9,316 bases of DNA from a virus. Lineage: Duplodnaviria; Heunggongvirae; Uroviricota; Caudoviricetes. A program made the position numbers and the translations under genes. Within the stretch, counting starts at the first letter, position 1, and the number at the start of each line of letters is the position of its first letter. This document shows, piece after piece, positions 7,767-9,316 of the stretch. Under the pieces are notes generated by a model. The model saw only the letters and a list, made by a program, of their open reading frames with translations. It was not told the DNA's origin and ran no database searches. Location: IMG/VR virus record IMGVR_UViG_2695420699_000004; one strand, written 5' to 3'.

Positions 7767-9316
7767 ATGGCAGTAAAGATTTCAGGTGTACTGAAAGACG
7801 GCACAGGAAAACCGGTAGAGAACTGCACCATTCAACTGAAAGCCAGACGTAACAGCGCCACGGTGGTGGTGAACACGGTGGCCTCAGAAAATCCGGATGA
7901 AGCCGGTCGTTACAGCATGGACGTTGAGTACGGTCAGTACAGCGTTATTCTGTTGGTGGAGGGATTTCCTCCGTCACATGCCGGGACCATCACCGTGTAT
8001 GAAGATTCTCAACCCGGTACGCTGAATGATTTTCTCGGTGCCATGTCGGAGGATGACGTCCGGCCGGAGGCACTGCGCCGTTTTGAACTGATGGTGGAAG
8101 AGGTGGCGCGTCACGCAGAGGAGGCGAAGAAGAATGCCGGAGAGGCAGAGACGTCCGCGAGGAATGCCGGCATATCAGCCAGTCAGGCAGAAAAGAGCGC
8201 TGCAAATGCTGACACTTCAGCAGGGGAGGCATCGGAGTCAGCCCGGCAGGCGGCAGAAAGTGCAGCCTCAGCAAAGCAGTCAGAGGATGCGTCCTCGTCC
8301 TCGGCTTCTGCGGCCGCTCAAAAAGCCAGTGAGTCATCACAAAGTGCAGCAGAAGCTGAATTGTCAAGAAAGACGGCAGAAAGTGCAGCCGGTAATGCAG
8401 CCAGGGATGCAACGACCGCAACAGAAAAAGCCCGGGAGTCAGCAGAAAGCGCACAGTCAGCGGAACAAAGCAGGATAGCGGCGGAAGAAGCCGTAAACCG
8501 AATCCCCACAGTGGTGGGGCCACCCGGGCCAAAGGGAGAACCGGGGCCCGCGGGTCCTCAGGGGCCGAAGGGTGATAAGGGAGAGCGCGGTGACACCGGC
8601 CCTGTCGGGGCAACCGGCGAACGGGGACCGGCAGGTGATGCTGGTCCGGCAGGCCCGCAGGGGCCGAAAGGCGACAGGGGAGAGCGGGGAGAGACCGGTC
8701 TGACGGGAAATGCAGGTCCACAGGGTCCAAAGGGAGATACCGGTGCGGCAGGCCCGAAGAGCGCTGCAAATGCTGACACTTCAGCAGGGGAGGCATCGGA
8801 GTCAGCCCGGCAGGCGGCAGAAAGTGCAGCCGCTGCAAAGCAGTCAGAGGAGGCGTCCTCGTCCTCGGCTTCTGCGGCCGCTCAAAAAGCCAGTGAGTCA
8901 TCACAAAGTGCAGCAGAAGCTGAATTGTCAAGAAAGACGGCAGAAAGTGCAGCCGGTAATGCATCCAGGGATGCAACGACCGCAGCAGAAAAAGCCCGGG
9001 AGTCAGCAGAAAGCGCACAGTCAGCGGAACAAAGCAGGATAGCGGCGGAAGACGCCGTAAACCGAATCCCCACCGTGGTGGGACCTCCCGGGCCAAAGGG
9101 AGAACCGGGGCCCGCGGGTCCTCAGGGGCCGAAGGGAGATAAAGGAGAGCGTGGCGACACCGGTCCTGTCGGGGCAACCGGTGAGCGGGGACCGGCAGGT
9201 GATGCTGGTCCGGCAGGCCCGCAGGGGCCGAAAGGCGACAGGGGAGAGCGGGGAGAGACCGGTCTGACGGGAAATGCAGGTCCACAGGGTCCAAAGGGAG
9301 ATACCGGTGCGGCAGG
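7767..9316 (+). CDS. stf: Side tail fibre protein (3'-partial; at least 516 codons, no stop in window): lambda-Stf-like N-terminal domain + Ala/Ser/Glu-rich helical segment + collagen-like Gly-X-Y repeats
   Basis: Not in the supplied ORF track because it has no stop inside the window. I translated it by hand from ATG 7767 (frame 0) and it is open to 9316. N-terminus MAVKISGVLKDGTGKPVENCTIQLKARRNS... matches my recollection of the lambda Stf N-terminus. Downstream: low-complexity A/S/E/Q-rich sequence, then 27 consecutive G-X-Y triplets (GPPGPKGEPGPAGPQGPKGDKGERGDTGPVGATGERGPAGDAGPAGPQGPKGDRGERGETGLTGNAGPQGPKGDTGAAGPK) at 8517-8759, and again from 9081 to the window end. G-run SD (GGGGGG 7758-7763) upstream. 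Confidence 0.85.
   Translation, partial: MAVKISGVLKDGTGKPVENCTIQLKARRNSATVVVNTVASENPDEAGRYSMDVEYGQYSVILLVEGFPPSHAGTITVYEDSQPGTLNDFLGAMSEDDVRPEALRRFELMVEEVARHAEEAKKNAGEAETSARNAGISASQAEKSAANADTSAGEASESARQAAESAASAKQSEDASSSSASAAAQKASESSQSAAEAELSRKTAESAAGNAARDATTATEKARESAESAQSAEQSRIAAEEAVNRIPTVVGPPGPKGEPGPAGPQGPKGDKGERGDTGPVGATGERGPAGDAGPAGPQGPKGDRGERGETGLTGNAGPQGPKGDTGAAGPKSAANADTSAGEASESARQAAESAAAAKQSEEASSSSASAAAQKASESSQSAAEAELSRKTAESAAGNASRDATTAAEKARESAESAQSAEQSRIAAEDAVNRIPTVVGPPGPKGEPGPAGPQGPKGDKGERGDTGPVGATGERGPAGDAGPAGPQGPKGDRGERGETGLTGNAGPQGPKGDTGAA
8193..8756. repeat. Tandem direct repeat, copy 1 of a 564-bp (188-codon) in-frame module within stf
   Basis: Sequence from 8193 (aagagcgctgcaaatgctgacacttcagcagggg...) recurs from 8757 with the same phase. 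I count about 16 mismatches over about 560 aligned bp by eye (about 97% identity). Confidence 0.9.
8757..9316. repeat. Tandem direct repeat, copy 2 (truncated by window end) of the 564-bp stf module
   Basis: Direct repeat of 8193-8756 at a period of exactly 564 bp; the window ends 4 bp before the copy would be complete, so further copies downstream cannot be excluded. Confidence 0.9.

Noticed and set aside
8134-9042. Plus-strand ORFs 8134-8478 and 8710-9042 (Arg/Gln/Lys-rich, about 110 aa each) in an alternative frame of the stf repeat
   Set aside because: They are out-of-frame readings of the same duplicated module; being two near-identical copies simply reflects the DNA repeat. The stf frame explains the sequence.
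7990-9294. 434-aa ORF on the minus strand spanning the stf repeat region (Pro/Leu/Arg-rich, itself internally repeated)
   Set aside because: It is antisense to the much better-supported stf frame (lambda-Stf-like N-terminus, perfect G-X-Y periodicity). GC-rich collagen-type repeats lack stop codons in several frames; there is no RBS and the composition is implausible. Artefact of the repeat.
8193-9316. Possible CRISPR array or non-coding satellite suggested by the tandem repeats
   Set aside because: The repeat unit is 564 bp with no short repeat/spacer alternation, and it is in-frame protein-coding (a collagen-like tail-fibre module). Not a CRISPR array.
1-9316. Searched for a defence, toxin-antitoxin or other novel accessory system (small paired ORFs, strand switches, AT-rich islands, nuclease or ATPase motifs)
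   Set aside because: None found. The whole window is one co-directional tail operon with recognisable structural genes; the only accessory cargo is lom, and the only atypical composition is the J 3' end and the stf repeats.

Overview
This window is a contiguous, single-strand (+) late tail-morphogenesis block of a lambda-like siphovirus or prophage, in the order tape-measure H (3' part) - M - L - K - I - J - lom - stf (5' part). Gene order, overlaps and protein lengths (M 109 aa, L 232 aa, I 223 aa, J about 1130 aa) match my recollection of phage lambda; this is recall, not a database hit. The host is probably an Enterobacteriaceae genome such as E. coli. Every ORF on the minus strand lies antisense inside these genes and looks spurious. 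I see no defence, toxin or other novel system that I can support; this is conserved structural cargo. Three things deserve a second look: (1) the side-tail-fibre gene, which joins a lambda-Stf-like N-terminus to an Ala/Ser/Glu-rich segment plus a 27-triplet collagen-like Gly-X-Y block, duplicated in tandem as a 564-bp module at about 97% identity and running off the window end; (2) an AT-richer 3' end of J, suggesting a swapped receptor-binding module; (3) lom as a lysogenic-conversion cassette bracketed by two intrinsic terminators. The K/I pair carries the JAB/MPN + NlpC/P60 protease and ubiquitin-like/Gly-Gly motifs already described for lambda.
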